The position numbers and the translations under genes are program-made. A stretch of 58,658 nt of DNA from Convolutriloba macropyga. Its lineage: Eukaryota. A model generated the notes under the pieces. The model worked only from the letters and a program-made list of their open reading frames with translations, did not search any database and had not been told where the DNA came from. Positions 54,236-58,658 of this stretch are shown here, piece after piece. The stretch covers positions 34,043,343 through 34,102,000 of the forward strand of contig NC_134474.1 of the NCBI RefSeq assembly GCF_964194025.1, written 5' to 3'. The stretch's first letter is position 1; every line of letters starts with the position of its first letter.

Positions 54236-57200
54236 CTAAAACAGAAAAAGGTATATTAATATTTGATTACTGATTAACACTTTGAAAAAACCTTCTAAAA
54301 AGACTCGTCCACGGATCATAAATTGTAACTTTTGCCATACAAGGAATTTAATCACTTAACTTATTCACTTAAGATTCCTAAGAAATACTATCTATGAAAT
54401 CAATGATCTTGACCTTGTATAAGCTTTTGTGGTTTTTGAATTTTGTGAGCTCACAAGACCTGATTGAAATTCACTAACACAATTAATCATGGAAACAATA
54501 AGTGTACACTTGATTTTAAAAATTCCGAAAAAAAAGAGCCAGTTTTTTTAGAGATGAAAAGGAAAAGCGAATATATTTAGACGTTTCGCTTGGTATTTTT
54601 CTATATTTAAACTGCTGTTGAAAAATTTAGTGAGAAAAATAGAAACTTACACTTCTAATTTGTTTGAAATATTTTGCAAAAAATTAATTTGGAAAACAAT
54701 TTGCTTGACTCCAATCAAAGCGACTGGTTTGCAGTTGTTGAATGCTTTAAAATGATTTATCTAACTAAATAACTTGCTTTTATAGTTTTCGTTTGCTTTC
54801 TAATTTTTTCCATTAAATATTTACATGCATCAAAATTTTTTTGTTACGCGTAAACCTCTTCAATGAAGGGGAAACTTTACCGTTTGAAAATTTTTTCATA
54901 GTTTTTTACAGGTGATCCTAAATTCTGGCAAATATTAGTTGGGAATGCAGTTTTGTATGGCAAAAAAAATTACCTTCAAAATACTGGGCTTATACTGATG
55001 AGACAATTGGAGATTGCACCACAAAAACATGGTAGTCCTCCGTTTTGTTTTCCGAGGTGGTTTGTTTTAGTTTATGATTTAAAAAGTCGGAAACTCACTA
55101 TATTGCAACCAGTTGCAACAACCAGATTCAAGTATATTATAAGATCAAGCTTACTTCCCTAAGATTTTTTGTTGTTAAGTTTTTTAAAAATCAGTACTAA
55201 TTCATTGAGAAAAAAAAGAACGACCGATCTGTAGTTGTTGAAAGCTTCGAAATGAATATTTTTTCAGCAAGGAAAGTTTTTATTGTACTCTTGTCTCTAT
55301 AAAATCTGTTTGAATTTTTGTGTGTTGAATTGATTTTTTTGTGTGGACACAGAGAACACTGGATAAAATTAAGATGAAGCCCGAATGTTTTTGACTGACT
55401 TGCAACTTGTTTTACTATTAATGAGTTTTATATCTGATTAGAAATTCGGTCTACAGTTGCTTAAAATTTCCAACTGACTTTTTGTTGATGTTTTTTGGGT
55501 TCCTTTTAAAACTGTCACACAAATCTTTTATAGACAAATATGTTATCAATAAAGTGTGACAGAATCAAATCGTTGGTAATTTGTGTTGCTTTTTAATGCT
55601 TTTGAAGTTCAATAAACAATTTGATAAAAGCAATCTCTAGATGCAATATGACAGAAAAAATGGACTGAATTTTCAAAATTGACGATTGTGACCTCGGTGT
55701 TCGAATTTTCTCACAAGTCAAATGAGAACATTTTTGTGGTTGACGAACACAATTAATTCAGCAGTCAACCAAAAGTTAAGACTGATGAGCAAATCAAGTT
55801 TTACATTGTCTCATTGCACACTAATTTATTATCGTACTTTGCAGGATCACGAATTTTAGCTAAAGTTGACGAACACATTAAGAAAGCGTTGAAATCCATA
55901 TAGTTGTCTCAATTTATTTTCCAAGAAACCAAATGTTTTGCTTCATTTGGTAAGTTTATCATAAATTTCGAGTAGATTGTAAAAGAGCTGTATAGTTTCC
56001 TGAAGGAGAAAGGATTTCTGGATTGTAGTTTTGTGATTTTTCATCGCCGCTTTTTATAGCATGGGAAAAAACTGGCTTTTTTGGTAACGCATAGCATAGT
56101 TTACCATGCTTATCTTTGTAATACCAATCAACATTCTGTTTCTGTTCTTTTTATTTTGTCAGTTTAACAAAAATTTAGATTCTTGCAGATCCTTGTACTC
56201 AGAATGATATAAAGTAAAACAGATGCTCAAATTTTCCGTTGATTACGAAATATGCAACTTTTATCTCACTAAATTTCTTTTGGTTCTGTAAATTGGTTGA
56301 AAATGATGTTACTACAGATACATATGTAGTACATATCGTTCAAAGTTCATACTGTAATTTTGACAAAATTCATGTTGTTGAATTTCTGTTTTGGTGCTGC
56401 CAAACAAATCAGCAAAATAAATGCTTCTTCAACAAAATGGTCTGAACGTTTTTATTTTAGTTTTTCATTCAAAAACAAAGTTAAAGAAACTATGTCTTAG
56501 TTTATGACATCTAATAAGAACTAGTTTGCTTCTACGGACTGCTGGAAACGTTTATTAACTGCTTAAGGATGGTTTTGAAGAACAACCTCAACAAAAAAAT
56601 CATGAGTAGTTATTTATTGATGAGAAACTTTTGGTTATGTTCACAAATTTTTATCTCAAATTTTCTTTGATCTTAAAATTTAAATAGATGAACTCTTTGG
56701 TATGTTTTTGTTCTCATATAAATTTCACAAATGTACAGCCTCTAGGAAGAAGTTTAGTTTTGTTTAAAAATAAGTGAAAGTCTCTAGAAAAGCGCATAGC
56801 GGTTTTACTGAACTTTGAAAATTTCTGTTAAAATCCTTTGCTGATTAATTAAAAAAAATTACCTACAAGAAATGTTTTTTGGGCTTGAAATTTTGGTTGC
56901 AATTAATGTTTGTAAACGGCCAACGATAAATAAATAAGACTATATTAGTGCCAATAGTGCTTTTTGGGACCGTTATTTTAATCAAGTATAATGACAATTA
57001 GCCCGCATTTAGCCTGAATACAATGACTTAATAAGTTTGCCATGGATATTTAGCCTAAATAAGTTTAAGCGAGAAATCTTTGCTATGGTTGAAGAACTTT
57101 GATTGAATGACAGGTTTATTTCAATATTTGCTTTATATATCTCAAGTAGGAAAGTTTTGATGTCATTTTTTTTCACAGATTTGAAGTGAGAGAAAATTGA

Positions 57201-57324
57201 ACAAAAGTGCTTTTGGAGAATTTTTTTGGCGAGTTAATTTTTCAACCTAATTTTCAAAACTGCATAATTTTTTACCTAAGGAAAATTCCAATAAATAACC
57301 TGTTTTGTATTTCTCGTACACGCA

Positions 57325-58658
57325 ATAAAAATGTTCAGTTGACTTTTGATTACTCATATACAATTTGTAAAGACAACATATCTTTTAAAGTAATTTTGCT
57401 TCCCTATTGTGATAACTTTTAATTTAGAAATTTTTCTCTAGGACTTTTACATTTAGAGGAAAAAAATGATGTACAATTGACCTTTGATGACTCATATATA
57501 TGTTATAAAAGCAAAATTGATGTTTTTTAAAGTATATTTGTGTTAGTTTTCACTAATGGGACAACTTTTCCTTAAGAAATTTTTCTCTAGGACTTGTACA
57601 TTAAGAGGAAAAAAATGATGTACAATTGAACTTTGATGACTCATACATATGTTATAAAAGCAAAATTGATGTTTTTTAAAGTATATTTGTGTTAGTTTTC
57701 ACTAATGGAACAACTTTTCCTTAAGAAATTTTTCTCTAGGACTTGTACATTAAGAGGAAAAAAATGATGTACAATTGACCTTTGATGACTCATACATATG
57801 TTATGTGAGCAAAAATGATGTTTTTTAAAGTATATTTAAGTTAGTTTTCACTAATGGGACAATTTTTCCTTAAGAAATTTTTCTCTAGGACTTGTACATT
57901 AAGAGGAAAAAAATGATGTACAATTGACCTTTGATGACTCATACATATGTTATGTGAGCAAAATTGATGTTTTTTAAAGTATATTTGTCTTAGTTTTCAC
58001 TAATGGGACAACTTTTCCTTAAGAAATTTTTCTCTAGGACTTGTACATTAAGAGGGAAAAAATGATGTACAATTGACCTTTGATGACTCATACATATGTT
58101 ATATGAGCAAAATTGATGTTTTTTAAAGTAAATTTGTGTTAGTTTTTACTAATGGAACAACTTTTCCTTAAGAAATTTTTCTCTAGGAGTTGTACATTAA
58201 GAGGAAAAAAATGATGTACAATTGAACTTTGATGACTCATACATATGTTATAAAAGCAAAATTGAAGTTTTTAAAAGTAGTTTTGTGTTAGCTTTCACTA
58301 ATGGGACAACTTTTCCTAAAGAAATTTTTGTCTAGGACTTGTACATTAAGAGGAAAAAAATGATGTACAATTGAACTTTGATGACTCATACATATGTTAT
58401 ATGAGCAAAATTGATGTTTTTTAAAGTGCATTTGTGTTAGTTTTTACTAATGGAACAACTTTTCCTTAAGAAATTTTTCTATAGGAGTTGTACATTAAGA
58501 GGAAAAAAATGATGTACAATTGAACTTTGATGACTCATACATATGTTATATGAGCAAAATTGATATTTTTTAAAGTAGTTTTGTGTTAGCTTTCACTAAT
58601 GGGACAACTTTTCCTTAAGAAATTTTTGTCTAGGACTTGTACATTAAGAGGAAAAAAA
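57325..58658. repeat. 149-bp AT-rich satellite, ~9 units, continuing beyond the window
   Basis: TGATGTACAATTGA at 57467, 57616, 57765, 57914, 58063, 58212, 58361 and 58510. The first unit from ~57325 is degenerate. Confidence 0.97.

Noticed and set aside
55920-56130. Coding-looking minus-strand stretch (DWYYKDKHGKLCYALPKKP…) as a further Polinton gene
   Set aside because: Bounded by stops, with no start codon and no recognisable family motif; at most a decayed remnant.

Overview
AT-rich eukaryotic genomic DNA, most likely from an invertebrate metazoan (inference from spliced genes, a Timeless homologue and the transposon types). About three quarters of the window is repeat-derived. Host genes: (1) a single 5-kb intron-free ORF encoding Timeless of the Timeout/tim2 type (36705-41738, -) with four Myb-like repeats; (2) two exons of a membrane-anchored FkbM-type methyltransferase (19228-18815 and 14864-~14727, -); (3) a degraded C-terminal piece of NSUN2/Trm4 (42759-~43510, -). 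The right end holds a Polinton/Maverick (adintovirus-like) insertion. It has a candidate AGTAGT terminus at 48677, seven structured 116-bp repeats, and a ~1334-codon protein-primed DNA polymerase B (C2H2 fingers, vOTU-like and EndoVII-like inserts) broken by one in-frame TAA. A 149-bp satellite follows and runs off the window. The most distinctive structure is a non-autonomous Helentron/Helitron2-like family with asymmetric subterminal IRs AATTGCTCTCAAACGA and a CCGACG-AA-CGTCGG 3' hairpin, present in at least 8 copies or fragments. Its copies carry different interiors: a G-rich core, a 1.9-kb higher-order tandem array, or a tRNA-like Pol III cassette. One copy has amplified its own 5' terminus 16 times just upstream of timeless. 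The rest comprises four foldback/palindromic elements, nested tandem duplications with templated junctions, and a decayed LINE. All homology calls are by eye from remembered family motifs; no searches were run.
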